Part shown: positions 1 to 13,725 of the stretch, piece after piece
Numbering within the stretch: position 1 is the stretch's first letter
Layout: every line of letters starts with the position of its first letter
Assembly: GCF_008831285.2 (NCBI RefSeq)
Contig: NC_045138.2
Location: 11,036,001 to 11,100,000, forward strand
DNA: 64,000 nt
Source: Nymphaea colorata
Lineage: Eukaryota
Reading direction: 5' to 3'
Made by a program: the position numbers and the translations under genes
Notes under the pieces: generated by a model
Seen by the model: the letters and a program-made list of their open reading frames with translations, nothing else
Told to the model about the DNA's origin: nothing
Databases searched by the model: none

Positions 1-799
1 GGTTGCCACCTTGGGGGTGATGGCTTTCAAGGGTGCAATGCTTTTATTACCGAATCGGAAGAAGTCGTAGAGCTGTGCTTGACCACTATGTTTAGCAAGT
101 TTGTTTCCTTGGCAGAAAGGGCACGAGTATCAATAGGCTCCACTAGGGAGTCAACCTGAGAGTAGTTTAGGACTGATTTGGGCATCTAAAATATGGGTTT
201 TGGGGTTTTTAAAGTAGTTTTGAGTCCACCTATTCAGTCCAAACCTAGCGCCTTTAGCTTCTGACTTAGGTTCACTCCTGGGTCCAATTCCAAGCTTGTT
301 TTTGGTTTGAAATATTGATCCCAGAACATTCCAAACTCAAATTGAATGTGCATGGTGCCTTGAGTTGATTTTGGGTCGGTCCAAACCAGATTCCTCACAT
401 GTGGACCTTAGATTGATGAACCTTGCCCTTAATCCCCAAAGCTCGGTCCATAATCCTCCTACCTATCCTAATTTGGATCCAATGTCTACTTTAGGTGATG
501 TCCCAAATCAGGTCCGAACCGGATCCAAATTAAAATGCCAATCCAAACCTTTGATCTAGCTACACAATGTAAACACATATTCAAACCTTCAATCTACCTA
601 AACCTTGAATTTTATTCCAAACCAAAACCCAAACCTACATTCCACTCCTTACCCAGATGCCCCATCCCAGCCTAGTCTACATCTAGGCCAAACCAAACTC
701 CAAATGTCCATCCCTCACCACCCACTAAACCCAACACCTCATACTGAGTAGGACCATCTCAAGCCACCCATGCTGACCCGTATTTTGTGGGATTTGTAG

Positions 800-1450
800 G
801 GGAAAGCCTTAGGAGCATAGGTACCATATAACTCAAGCACGCCTACAAGTTAGGATTGATGGTCAACAATTACAACAGAATACCGACCAAGGAGACAAGT
901 AAATTGAATTTTGTCAAAAGGACATATAGGGAGTGCCTCGAGTTTTGCTAGAGGACCCAACCTGCCTCAAAATACACTACTGAATGACACTACATGCCAT
1001 TATGCATTAGGATTGTGGAGATTGAGAGCTAACAAGTCACCAAATATATTTTTTTTATATATTCACTTCTTTATTTTTTATGTTTTTAATTGTATTACGG
1101 TAAAGACGATAGAGAAGATCAATAGCTCTCCCTGAAAATAATGCAAGAGTCTCATACATTAAAGGGTGAGGGCTCTCACCGCCCTAAGTAGAGTTATTTC
1201 AACCTTTGTTAGAAAGCTCCTTAAAGCTGGAACACTCTTAACTCAGAGCCCACCTCTAAAACCGTCATCCAATAGTGGTGAAAATAGTCCTAATTTTAGT
1301 ACTCGATCCAACTCTCATTCTATTGACACTTCTATCCATTATTTTAGGTGTCAAGCATTGAGCTACATTCACTCAGACTGTTCTAAGGTGGTCAAGCAAA
1401 CTGTCATTGTCGAACCTGATGAAGCCCTTAAACTTGAGTAAGAGGATGCC
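800..1450 (+). mobile_element. Highly decayed Ty3/gypsy-type gag remnant
   Basis: ORF 1166-1441 contains IHYFRCQALSYIHSDC, which resembles a decayed CCHC zinc knuckle (C-x2-C-x4-H-x4-C). The surrounding frames are full of stops. Boundaries are approximate. Confidence 0.4.
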
Positions 1451-1620
1451 TAAAGTAAGTTGAAAATTTACTCAAAATAATGATGAGAAGGTTTTCATCT
1501 ATGATGGGAATGCTGTATTTAAATTGTTGTATTTGCTCCATGTTTTAGCAAACCTGAAAACCTCAACTTACCACAAGTGGTTACCAAATAACATTTTGAG
1601 AACAAAATATCACTACAAAG

Positions 1621-1772
1621 GCTCTGATACCATGTTAGATCTTGATGTTCGAAACTGTTCTAACCAGGAAGAAAGAAAACATTAGAGAAGAGGACATTAC
1701 CAACAGTAAAACAGGAGAACAGTAGCCACATTTTTCTGGAGTGTGCTAAGTCTTTCTATTGACATATCTTAC
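1621..1772 (-). mobile_element. LTR-retrotransposon LTR 3' end plus tRNA-Met primer-binding site
   Basis: The minus strand reads ...CTAACA|TGGTATCAGAGC (plus strand gctctgatacca tgttag, 1621-1638), the canonical LTR-CA end followed by a tRNA-iMet PBS. The extent of the LTR is uncertain. Confidence 0.6.
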
Positions 1773-4700
1773 ACCGATTTAAGAGTGTACGATAAGTACA
1801 TAGCCAGACTGTACATACGCATGATAACGCCCAAAATCTGAAGCCGGTCCATAAAAAAAACACTATGCTTTTCAAAAGGTATTAATGTACGACACCACCT
1901 AATGCCACTGAATTTAATGGACTCGATGTAGCTGTACAGGCGCTGCTCTACATATAGTCCAAGCAAGAGAACCAAATAAACTAACAAGAAAATGAACATA
2001 CCACAGCTAATCAAACACTGCAAAGGAATTCCTTGATCTGTCTGTGAAAGAGTGAAGATTCAGCCTATATTAGCTGGAGAAAAATAATCAACTTGTGCAT
2101 GCCTCAACGGTATCCCACTGTGAGTTCAGATTTGGCCGATTATATAGCTTTTCTTCTTATGATAGGGCTTGCTGTATGGCAGACAAGTCCTTATCCAGGT
2201 TTATAGTTAAACCTATTCTTTTAGTGAAGAGAAGAATTTTAACTGGAATTGGAACTGGAGCTCCAAAACCATCCCTTAAAATTTCTTTAGAAAACACACA
2301 CTCCTTAAATTGTTAGATTTGCAGGGATGAAAACCGGACACTAGGTAAGCTGCAATTATGGGTCACGTACCAGATCTAGGCTCCAGTGTCCATTTCTTCA
2401 AACTGAAAATGAAATTACATCTCTTTAATCCGCCGAAACTAAAATCATGTTCTGAAAATTTGCCACCATCTACTTAATGACGACAGAAATGGTCAGCTAC
2501 AGATAAAACTCATTGGGAGAAGAAATCGATAAAGTATTTTTATTCATAATCAGCTCAACTTCTGGGGATAACTTATACCAAAAGCGTACTTGAATGCAAT
2601 CAACTATCTCAAAGGATAAAAATTATAGACCTTTGCATGTGATATACAATCTATCATAGGATGTAATTTCTCACAGGAAATGGAACAAACTGGAGTCTCA
2701 AGAGGCGTTTCAAGGCACCGTTTACAGAGCTGAACTGCACGCTCAAGACCCACCACTAACTAGAGATTAGTATGTCAGTACTTTTCTAGTTTTTATGCAA
2801 ACTTCGTCATATATAGGTGCCAGAGACCCTGCAATCTGAATATTCGCAGGCATTCATATCACGAAACTGCATTCGTGTAATAAATACTGCCACATTTGTC
2901 GGCTCTAGCTGAAGTTAGGCAAACGATACAAACTGAAAAAAGGACAATTATGAGATCCAACCATCGGCAGCACAATAGGGATTCCTGTATAGAATCAGAA
3001 GCGACTAACAATCAAATGTAAACATGCATCTAGAAACATAATCATAGGAACTCCAGCAGGTGCTGACGGATCAGGTTAGAAATCTTATAAATGAAGGATT
3101 ACGTACGGTAGCCAATTTAAAATAGCTAGAACCTCTAAACTTGATCAAGGTCTTCTAATCTGAAGTATATCACAGTCTGATGGTACATTTATTCAAATAA
3201 AGATAAGGTGACATCAAAGAGTTTTATTGAGAGTGATCCTTCTAGAACCTTCAATCATATGATATATACGAGATTCTAAAGATTTGTCGAGAGAACAAAA
3301 AATTTACGGGATACCATGTGTCATTTCCATGTTGTAATAACAATTTTAAACTTTCTGCATGGACACTTCCTTTTAACACCCCGCTGTCGTATACTCGTGA
3401 TACTAAACAATAACAAAATCTAATTCTGTAAAGAGACAAAAAAAGAAAATATAGTAAAGCAACAAACCTGTCAAGGATCAACTATTTCCAGATGGAATTT
3501 CAGATGAAGAATACCATATTGTCATTAACATCTAGAATAAGGATATTTATGATCTACACTTAAGCACATGACGAGGGAAAAAAGCACACGTCATTAACAA
3601 TTTTGAGACAATTTTGAAAAGACCATGCAAATCTAAATTATACAGGAAGATAGAACCCTATGGATTCAAAAAATAGGAAGCGAGGAGGCTTGATAAGGAA
3701 AAAAATGCAAGCTCTAAGGTAGATACTGCAACACAGACAAGTACTGTGTGCCAAGAAGCTTGAATTAATAAAACTAAGAAATTTGAGTAAGCACTGAAAT
3801 TAACAAGCCAATTTTGATTTTGATAGACTCCAATTGGTCCAGAGGTAAATTAAGGATGACTTCAAACTTCATACTGCCTCAAGATTAATTATCAAATAAC
3901 TAAACTATAGTTTTTTCACTCATGTTGAGATATAACAGGACATCTCTATGTATGAACTTAGATGCTAGCAGTTAAGGACATTACAGTACGACGACTCGTT
4001 TCCTGCACCAATATGACAGTCACAAGATTAACACCACTCTCGGTGACAAGGAAAAGGAAACCTTGAAGTTTCTCTCACCTTGTTTACTTGTTCTCGTTGC
4101 ATTTTTAGGTGGAACTGTCATATGATCTTGTTGGAATAAGTTCCAGCTATTCCATTTTTCTGCATTACGTAGTGGTCTTTTGGTTGTTGTTGTTGTAAAA
4201 GCATAAAATTATTCAAGCTGAAGGGAAGAACTAAAGGTCTCTGCCCTATGAGACATGTTGGTTCATTTAAGAACATCAATCAAGCCTGAAATACTATGCA
4301 CGACATATCCACATAACATGTTGGCTCAGTAAACTACTTGCCACTGGGAGTTATTGGAATACCAGAATGTTATCAGTTGGTTGGCTATAGTAGAAATAGA
4401 ATTAACCGCATGCTTTTTTTCTGCTCAAATTAAGAAAGATCATAGTTGGATTGCTTAAGATGATTTATTTTTTAAAATGACAGCAAGAAACTACATCACT
4501 TTCTGCATTAGTTTGTCAAAAAATTGCGTCCAAAGTATTCTTTCATGCCAAGAACAATGTCTCGATAATCTTCCCCAAGCCGGTTCCTTTCTTTTGGATT
4601 TAAACCAAACGTTTTATTGTTGAACCAATGATGATACATAAAATTCTTTCAAACTTCCTAGATAGTCTTGCAAACCAGAGGCTATCACTCTTCTCCGTAA

Positions 4701-6196
4701 TTAGGGAAAAGAAAACCAACTGTAAATTAAGCTTCTTATAACTGTGTTGCCAGAAAGATTGCTTAGCTAACTGAAAGTATTACATGATCCTGTAGTAGAT
4801 TGGACAGAGTCGACAGACACTCTCCACAATAGGACTCATCCCATATTTTAAGAGAAAAGGGGAGGTGGGTGGGGGGAATACTTGCTGTAATCTGTCTAAT
4901 TCAGGGTTGCCAGCTTATCAAGAGCGATTGCATCACTTACTTTCTAGCAGTAGAAAAAAAGGCTATTCTCAAACATTTGCAGCTTATTTGCAGTTGATTA
5001 AACTTCCCTGATTCATTTGAAATAATATGGAATTTTTCTACCTTTTATTTTCTTCCATCCGATCTTTACAGACAGATGGTTAAACTTTTTCAGTAACAAT
5101 TTTCGATGAAAAGAATTGAATAATTTTGCACATCCCTTTGTTCAAAAACTTTAGTCATTGGCGCATCAAGCATAAGGACTGGTATCCAACCCAAAACATG
5201 CCAAGGTTAACATGCTTAACTACAATACTGATTTTTAAACACATTAACTAGATTAGTAAATACACCTAATAACAAAAAATTAACGATATAGTCCAAAAAA
5301 GATCATACAAAATAAATTACAGATTGGTTATGGCATATGGATCAAGCATATAAGCACACAAGTTATTACACGAAAAAACATAATGACAATCACCAGTCAT
5401 ATTTAACAAAAATAACTGCAGCAATCATTCCATTTAAAATGACCGAGTCCAAACTGAATATGAATTTAATAGCATTGACAATCTGCATATTGCATTTATG
5501 GACAGATACATGTCAGTGGCTGAAGGGAAATATGAGAGGCAGCAACCATCCTTACACATTTAATAAAATATAATTAATCCTTATCGACAATACAATTTAT
5601 TCAGAAACAGGATCTAAAAAATGAAAAGAATCATTACAGATTGGACTGTGTTTTTAACCACTACAAGACTATATCATCTTATGTGAAAGGATCACATGAT
5701 AATAGAGAATGATTGTCAGCATCCTAACCATATGGCTCCCACTTTCCTCAAATCCTGATTAATAACCACCAAATGTTTTGATGTCCTTGATAGCTCGCCA
5801 AACCATGATTTAAGGAAGAAGAACCACACAACCCATAATACTATAAACAAGCTCTGAAGGATATAGGTAAGTGGTTATACAGCAACCAGCCTGCATCTTA
5901 TTCAATGGAGAGAATTTTGAACCACAAAACTTCCCTCTCAATTAATTGATACATATAGTGCAAGTACTGGATGGAAACAATATGATGATCAGATTAAAAG
6001 GAGAAAAGGGAGAGAGAGACAGAGACAGACAGACAGACAAACAGCGAGAGAGAGAAGCAGAGAGATTAACGAGATGAGATAGGGTAGCAGAAACCTAACA
6101 TGTACGTAGTGGCATAAGACTTTCTTCTCATATCAATAGCTCCATTTGTCCATGCATACATGGACAGTTAAGGTTCATCTGCAGCACATGAAGCAC

Positions 6197-6278
6197 CTGA
6201 GAATGGAAAAAAAAATAACAAAAAGTTAAAAGTGATTCTTAACAGCCCAATAATATCTACAAGAGGAACTAAGCTTAC
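6197..6278 (-). other. Probable 82-nt intron in the PIRL 3' UTR
   Basis: Minus-strand TG|GTAAGC donor at 6278 and a T-tract CCATTCTCAG|G acceptor ending at 6197, beginning 28 nt after the stop codon. Confidence 0.6.
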
Positions 6279-6306
6279 CATTTCAGCAATGCCTTTAAGT
6301 TCCAAT

Positions 6307-8667
6307 TCAAGCTTTCTCATAGTCTAAACCATCATGCTTTCTCTTGTTAGTCCTAGAGAAAAAACAAAATTGAACCCAACTTTTCTTCTGCTTAACTACT
6401 TGTGTTTTAGCTTCCCTATTCGTAACAAGTTCAGCCATGTATTGCACAACAGCCTGGAGAAGACATGAATGGCAGAATCAACCTTTAGTAAAGAAGTAGG
6501 CAAGCAAATATGGAAAAAACTTAAGAACAAGAAAATGCCTGAGCTACCTGAGCGCCTTTGTCACACACATGCCTAGGTGGTACCTCCAACGGTGTTCCAT
6601 CGGCATTAAGAATCTTTAGTTTGGATAACATTGAAAATGAGTCAGGGAGAACTCTTATTTGGTCATTGCTGATATCCAATTCTTCCAGCATCTCAAGGTT
6701 GCCAATTGATTTTGGCAAATATTGTAAATCAGCAAAATTGTTTCCAAGGTTTAGCTTCACAATGCTGGTCGACAGGCACAAGCTTTCAGGAACTGATTCA
6801 AGTTCATTGAAGCTGACATCAAGTTCCTTCAGCTTTGAAAGTGATGCCATAGTAGTTGGTAATCCTTTTATCTTGTTATAGTGCAAGGTTAAGATCTCCA
6901 AAGACTCAAGCTTTCCAATTGCTTCCGGCAGGGCTTTGAGTTGGTTGAAATCAGCATGAAGCTCAACAAGCGAACTACATTGACCAATGGTAAACGGTAG
7001 CTCCTCTATCTCATTGGTTTCAATGCTCAATTTTTTCAAGCGAATAAGCTTTCCTATTGTATCAGGTAAGAACGTCAACTGGTTAGAGCTAAGATCAAGG
7101 TTCACCAGGCATGATAACTTCCCAATTGAAGGCGGTAATGTAGATAACTGATTTCCATGCAAATCCAGGTCCACTAGACTAAGCAGGTCACCTATGGATT
7201 CTGGAAGACTAGCAATCCTGTTTGAGTGGAGATCTAACTTGGTTAAGGAAGATAATCCCCCAATCGTGGTCGGAAGTGCAATAATCCTATTCTCGGACAA
7301 ATTTAGAGTCAACAAGGTTGAGAGCTTCCCCAAGGAGTCAGGCAGCCAATCAATCACGTCATTCAATTTGCCTTGAAGATCAAGGTCCTTGGTGCCTTTC
7401 TTTGAAGAAACCTCAATTAAGCTTGCAAGTTTTATCAGGCTCAACTTCTCGCCACCATCACCTACAAGCAGAAACAATTAGACGAAGAGTTAATACAGCT
7501 ATCCACGGAATCAGCGAAGACGTCGAAGGTTGAGGTCGCACTTCATGCTCCAGAATTATTTCAGTTCAAAATAATAAATAATCAAGGAAAGATGCATCAA
7601 AATTAACATTTCAGATCTCTATATAAAAATAACATATCTATAATAAAAAATTTAGCAGGGAAACGTCCTACAAACCCGAAAGAAAATTTCTCACATTTAA
7701 CAACAAGCTGCACAACGTTAACAGATTTAAAATGAAACACATGCACAGTTAACAAAACCATAATGAAAATTTCTCACATCTAACAACAAGCTGCACACAT
7801 TTCAAGTTTTATTAACCTTCAATAGATCAACACAGTCCATATGATCAAGAAAATTAAATGTTCATCAGAATTCACATTTGACATTAAAAAGAGAGAAAAT
7901 AATTAACATTCCAGTTGAAGTAAGCAGCATGAATAACAGACGATAAAACCATAATGAGAGTAACCAAAAAACCATCCACAACCAACAGATCACAACATTT
8001 AAATTAATGGCTCAAACGAAGACTCACTAGAAGGCGGCTGTATCGTGAGTGCCGAATTCCGTAGCGTTGGAGCTTCAACGGAGACAATCCCATCGACGAA
8101 CGGGGAGCTCTTCGCCGTTTTGACGAAGCTGTCGTCCCTCGTCTGAAACAGCAGCTCCGACCGCCCGGAGATCGATGTCTTGCCTGAAGAGATATTGTTG
8201 GTCCGGACCGAAGGAATCGACGAAGATGACGATGACGAAGCAACGCCCATGGCGACAACGTCCAGCGGACTCACGGCTTGAGTGGATGAGGCACCGGTAC
8301 TGCCACCGCCACCACGGTCAGCGGAATTGGGCAGGCATCTGGAAGCCCGCTGGACCAGGTCGTCGAAGAGGATGTGAGATCTCTCGAGATCGAGAACCGC
8401 GAGGGCTTCCCTCTTCTGCTGCTTGCTCTGCAGGAACACGAGGTTCCTCTGCATCTCCTGCAGCACGAAGAAGAGTTCTTCGGGGACCTCTTGCCCCTTC
8501 CTCTGCTTGGAGATGGCCTCAAGCCTCATCTGCTCCTCCTTATCCACGTTCCGAACAACGGCCATGGCGGCCTCCACCTCGTCCAAGCCGGGCCTCACCG
8601 GCAGCGACCGGTGAATTCTCATGATCTCCTCCACCACACCATCAGTCGACTCCAGAAACGAACCCAT
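6307..8667 (-). CDS. PIRL4: Plant intracellular Ras-group-related LRR protein, PIRL4/PIRL5-like (566 aa, 3 coding exons)
   Basis: Exons are 8667-8028 (donor GTGAGT, phase 1), 7461-6548 (acceptor TTGTAG, donor GTAGCT, phase 0) and 6453-6307 (acceptor CTCCAG, ends TGA). They join in frame. The product has the N-terminus VVEEIMRIHRSLPVRPGLDEVEAA, about 11 LxxLxLxxNxLxxLP repeats, and the C-terminus GAQAVVQYMAELV...KKSWVQFCFFSRTNKRK typical of PIRL4/5. Orthology to PIRL4 versus PIRL5 is not resolved. Confidence 0.93.
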
Positions 8668-8963
8668 CTCTCACCCACCAAAAAAGAAAAACAAACTCCC
8701 ACCCCGCCCCCTCAGGGATTCTAGCTCATTCTGGAGACGCCAGCAAAATGGTATCTTCACTTTCTGCTCTGTAATCCAAGGGAGAGAAAGAGAGAATGCA
8801 CGATTCCTGTGGGAGGCGGAAGAGATTTAAGAGCCTCTTGATGCTTTTTTGTTGGGGTTTTGGCGCCTCCTTTTCCTCTTCTCTCGGCCGTTGAGGTAGA
8901 GGGGAAAGAAACAGTGGAAATCGTGATGAAGGCGATGACGATGATTACGACAGGGAGTTGCAG

Positions 8964-8988
8964 AAGAGAGAGAGAGAGAGAGAGAGAG
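8964..8988. repeat. (GA)n/(CT)n microsatellite in the PIRL 5' region
   Basis: About 12 GA units followed by a T-run, ~300 nt upstream of the ATG. CT-rich tracts are common in plant 5' UTRs and core promoters. Confidence 0.8.
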
Positions 8989-10488
8989 GGAAACAGGTTT
9001 TTTTTTTTTTTTCTTTGCCCTTTTTGGAGTTCTTACACAAAGGTGGTCCTCCCTTTTGTAATGTGCAAACTGGATACCTTGTCCGAACGGGACAGACAAT
9101 GACGAATATGTCCTTACATAAGTTACCAATTTACCCCTCGTGGAACTTGGCTGCGTGGGTTGTCGTGAGCCGCGGCCCCACGCCGCTGTTCTCCCTCGAG
9201 TGCTCTCTTGTCTTGTTACTTCCCGCTCCCAGCCGACGGTGGCGTTTTGTCCGTCGAAATCTCGTAAAAAATTCTATGGCACGTTTTTAGCATTTTAATA
9301 AATTCTGACTAAGTTTAGGTGCGACTAAAAATTCATTATAAGACATTAAAATTTGTCATGTAGACATAAATTTGTTAATAAATGTCCATTAAGTTGATCG
9401 AAATGATGCGATCTGTATTGCTGGTTTGATATAAAACCATTAAAATTTGGCACATATAACTTGGTATTTGTAGAATTGTTGGAATTGCCTGAACGGGCGA
9501 TGCTTAGGGGGTTGGCTCGTGTAAAGACCTCATTAATTTGGTAATTGGTTTGATTTTTGTGGGTTTTATGTTTTTCGATGAACACCGAAGGCGGCAAAGC
9601 AAAGGAAAGGGGAAGATGGGAGGGCTATTAAGCAGCACCAGAAGTTGTCCCTCACCAAGTTAGAAGTGTTGGAACTTTGTGATTGAGAAATGCACTTTTT
9701 CTATTTCGGGCATTACATTATTGGAGGATTTGTTATTGTTGCATTAAATTTGGTTGGGTTAACAGTTTCATAATCTCCTTAGTTTCACGTGAGACCATGT
9801 TAGGGACTTGTTTTTAGTGAAAAGAGCACTATCAGCTAGTTTTGGATGTCAGTGAAGTGGGCTCGGGACTACGGGGCAGGGCTGTTGGCAAAAGCAAAGC
9901 TTAACTAGTTAGCGACTAAAGAGAGAAAAGAAAGTGAAATATGGTTTTCTTCTTATTTTTAGCACGCTCTTATGCTCTCAGCTACAAGTCTATTGACACG
10001 GGCTAGGGATTTTCTAAATAAATGTATATATATGGATAGGCTTATCGAGCCTATATTATTTTATTTAAAGTCTTATTTTCTTTCATATATTTTGAAAACA
10101 AAATCATGATGTAAGCTGAATTAGATGTACTTTATTGTCATCTTTAGACATTTGAATGACGTGATTTAGAACTTGTTATTTATTAAATAAGTTATATAAA
10201 TTGTGTCTATTACAATTATTTTGATTACTTATTCTTTTTATTTACTTAAAAGGTGGTTATGTTATAGGGTCCATGAAATATATAGACTATTATCTATCAG
10301 TCATCAAGTAAATTTTTTTAATTAGGATTATAAAAACTTTGATCACACTAAAATGACATTTTTTGTGAAGAAACTGTCATTTGGCGATAGAAACGCTATT
10401 TGAATGTTTCATGAATCTACTTCAAAGATGAACAGATTCATGAAGCAATAGAACATGTGTTTTATGAATCTGCTCAAATTTTTTAGTC

Positions 10489-10787
10489 TGATTTATAAAA
10501 CACTCATAGAGTATTCCTACTACCAATCAATCTCAAAGAATTTGGGTTGTACAATCATTCCCTTTTAGAACATTGCATTGTCAAAATGGTTTTTTTTTTT
10601 TTCCACAATGTTAGTTTTGATCTATCAACTAAGAATCTGCCAAAATCTTTAATTATGATTTACGGAACACTCATAGAATATTCATACTACCAATCAATTC
10701 AAGGATTTGGGTTGTACATTCATTCCCTTTTAAGAACATTGCATTGTCAAAATGATTTTTTCCTTTTCCCAATGTTAGTTTTGATCT
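10489..10787. repeat. Direct duplication with ~167-bp period inside a non-autonomous DNA-TE-like repeat
   Basis: tgattta..aacactcataga.tattc.tactaccaatcaat...tttgggttgtaca...caatgttagttttgatct occurs at ~10489-10623 and ~10656-10787. Related sequence (catgaatctact.caaaga...gaatctgc) recurs at ~53185-53300. Confidence 0.7.
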
Positions 10788-13556
10788 GTCGCCTAAAATG
10801 CTGTTTTGAAGGCTAAGCGATGTTATATCTCGTCCAAAAGTGCGGTTTAGGATGTCACATAAGTACCTGCTTCGCTGGTACAAAAACAAATTTGTGTACT
10901 TTCAAAATGATTAAGAAGGGGTGTGTGAAAAGCACGCATAGTTGATGACCCTCCATCAAGTCTGAAGTCGGTCATCCAGTTGCATGACCTTTCCGTTATG
11001 TCTTAGTTGTGGACCGTTTTTATAATCAATGAAATTTCATGTACATAGATGAGTTTGGTGCTTATAATCAGCCACATTTGTATGGTTACAGGGTTCGAAA
11101 CGGGAAGGTTCAGGCTATGTTGACCGGGTTCGTGGATGGAATTGAGTACGTTGTTAGACCAGGCAGCAGCTTGGTCCGAACCAAGCCCCGTCAACTGTTG
11201 CCTTGGGTTGGGCCTAGTTTCCTTAAATCGACACACATTAACCCACCCTGTCAATTTGAAGGTCTCTAAATGAGCCAGGTCACGTTGCGCTAATCCTATA
11301 CACGAGCAAAGCTCCTAATTGCTTGTCGTGGAGCCTCCCTTTTCTTTTACTCCCGTTGGGGCAGCTAGTGGTGTTTATGTCGACTTCACAGTCTAAGATA
11401 TCTAATTGAATGCTTTCTAAAAAAAACTGCTTTGATTAACAAATCAAACCAGATTTAGATTTAAGAAATGATGTCCAGCCACATTTAGATTTGGATTTAA
11501 TAAAAACAAACATTCAAGTTTTAAATGAATATTCTATATGTCGAGCATTTATTTATAAATAATGTAGTTCGGATTTGGCTGTGTACTTAAAAATTGAATT
11601 TAAATTCAATGTCGAATTTTAAAGTTGGATTCAAATTCCAAATTTGAAAAGAAATTTTAGATAGATTACATATTCTTCTTTATTTGATCTAACTTTAATT
11701 CAAATGACATCCAGTGAAATCAGATGTAGTAAAAAGGTACATCAGTTGACACCCGCCTCTCTCAACCCACCCAACTTTAGGGTTTTTGACAAAAGCCAAG
11801 GTAAAGGTAAGTGTGAGTTGTATGGGGCGCTTGCTCCACGGAGCCAAATCTAAAATCTTGTTTTTAATGTTTAGATTTGAGTAAATTGGGGTTTAATTAT
11901 ATAGATAAGCCCCACCAGACCCCAAAGGCCAATTAAAATTTTGTTATTTATACATTTAGTGCCTCATAAATTCAAATTTTTATCTCCACCCCTTCGTAAC
12001 ATCAAAATCATGTTTGTGGCAGAAAGACCCTTTCCCGTGAAATGTTTGCTGCACTTGGCAAGCCCATCTGGCTTCCAGCTGTAGCCATTTTGTCACAATG
12101 TCAGTGGCAGAGATACATTTATTGCAGCCTAGAAAAATTACATTATTTACATACAAAAACTTTTTTGAATTTTACATATGAGTACCCTTTAAACTTTAAA
12201 ATGCCCCTCAGCCGTTTCCCCACTGCCCAATGCCAACTCCACCTCCCACCCTTGCCCAGTTTCATCCGACATATTTATCATTCTCCAGCAAAAATAAGGC
12301 AGTTTGGTCATCGGCCCCTTTGTCTGAAGAACGTAGACACCATCGTCCATCTAAATGGGAAGTGGGGATTTTTCGGTCATTTCGAAGATGGCTGTGCCTC
12401 GAGGGTGGGCTCGCCCGTTAATTGCGCCATGGGAACCCCGTGAGCGCCATGCCTTTCCGCGCAAAGGACCTCATCATCCCTCCACCTCGCACAATTTTAA
12501 TGGACACAAATGCCCCTTCCCTTCGCGTTGGGCCTGATCCCGATGGTGGTTAAAACTTAAATCTGATTGCGTCACGGTTCGATTTCCGATACGAAACAAT
12601 CAAAATGCAATCACCCAAATTGGTTGTTCATTCTCAAATGGGTGTCACAGTTGACTCAGGTGCGCACTCGGGGTTCGAGCTTTGGACGTTGATCGATTGT
12701 TTTGGACTCGAGTTTGTTTCACCGCACAGGTTGCGTTTGTTTCACCGCGAATTTCATGGATTTAAGATCATATTCCTTCTTAATTCGATCTTAAATTCAT
12801 AATTTTTAATATAAATTCATGCTACTGAAATATCCTAAAACACACATTTTTATTTTTATACAATATGAAATTTAAAATATAAGGTTATCAAATGCAAACT
12901 AAAGCAAGACAGAACTTAGAATTGTGGAGCACCGTCCGGCCGGTTGAGGCCGATGTCTCTTTTGTTCATCTAACTTCAAACCTAGAAACGTGCACATCTC
13001 AAATTGTACGGTTGAAGATGAACAACCAAAAGTTCCATAGAATAGAAATTGAGTCTCCTCGCCACAAATTTTTGATGAACGTAAGGCTTTTGATTTTAAA
13101 ACTCTCAAGAAATTTAGTTTATGTATTGGAATTTAATTATTTTTCTCAACCCTATAAACTTGGACTTCTCCAATTCAGTGGCAAAGCCTAATTCAAAAAA
13201 GTAGGGAAGAATTTGAACGAATCGATTAGAAAGGCATAAAAATTGGCGTTATATATAAGAAAAGTCAATGACGTTAGTTGCCGGACCATTAAAATCGAAA
13301 AAGGAACCATAAATTGTAAATCCACCAAAATAATCGCTGAATAATAAGTAAACTGTTGGTGATGCCAACATAGAATAGTGACTATTTTTACCAATAAATT
13401 TTAAAAATTCTCTCTCTCGCTCTCCCAGTTCCTTTTTTTTTTCTTTTTAAAGAGTAGTTAACTCTTACTTTTTTCTCCAGCAATGTCTCCTACAATTTTC
13501 CTCTGTCGTATAGCTGTTGCTGCGAGTTGAGATCTTTTGTTCACTTCACCAATATA

Positions 13557-13725
13557 TAGGGGCGGAGCTTAGGCCATGGCTCCCTGCCGTCACATTTTTC
13601 AAATAAAAAATTACCCTTTGAAATCTTAAAGACTTTTTTTTTACCACCGTAAAAATTTTGAAACATAACAGGCATGTCAAAATTTTTCTTGGCCCCTCGA
13701 GAAAGAAACTTTGGCTTCGCTACAG
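13557..13725. mobile_element. hAT-type MITE with degenerate 8-bp TSD
   Basis: Termini are TAGGGGCGGAGC and GCTTCGCTACAG. The flanks CCAATATA / CCAACGTA match at 6/8 positions. Confidence 0.7.

Noticed and set aside
2000..6000. Possible additional minus-strand exons downstream of PIRL
   Set aside because: The composition is intron-like, but no coherent exon chain or recognisable peptide could be assembled.
6558..8830. Plus-strand and alternate-frame ORFs overlapping PIRL (e.g. 6558-6881, 8175-8624, 8374-8724)
   Set aside because: These are antisense or shadow frames of a real coding exon, with no recognisable domains.
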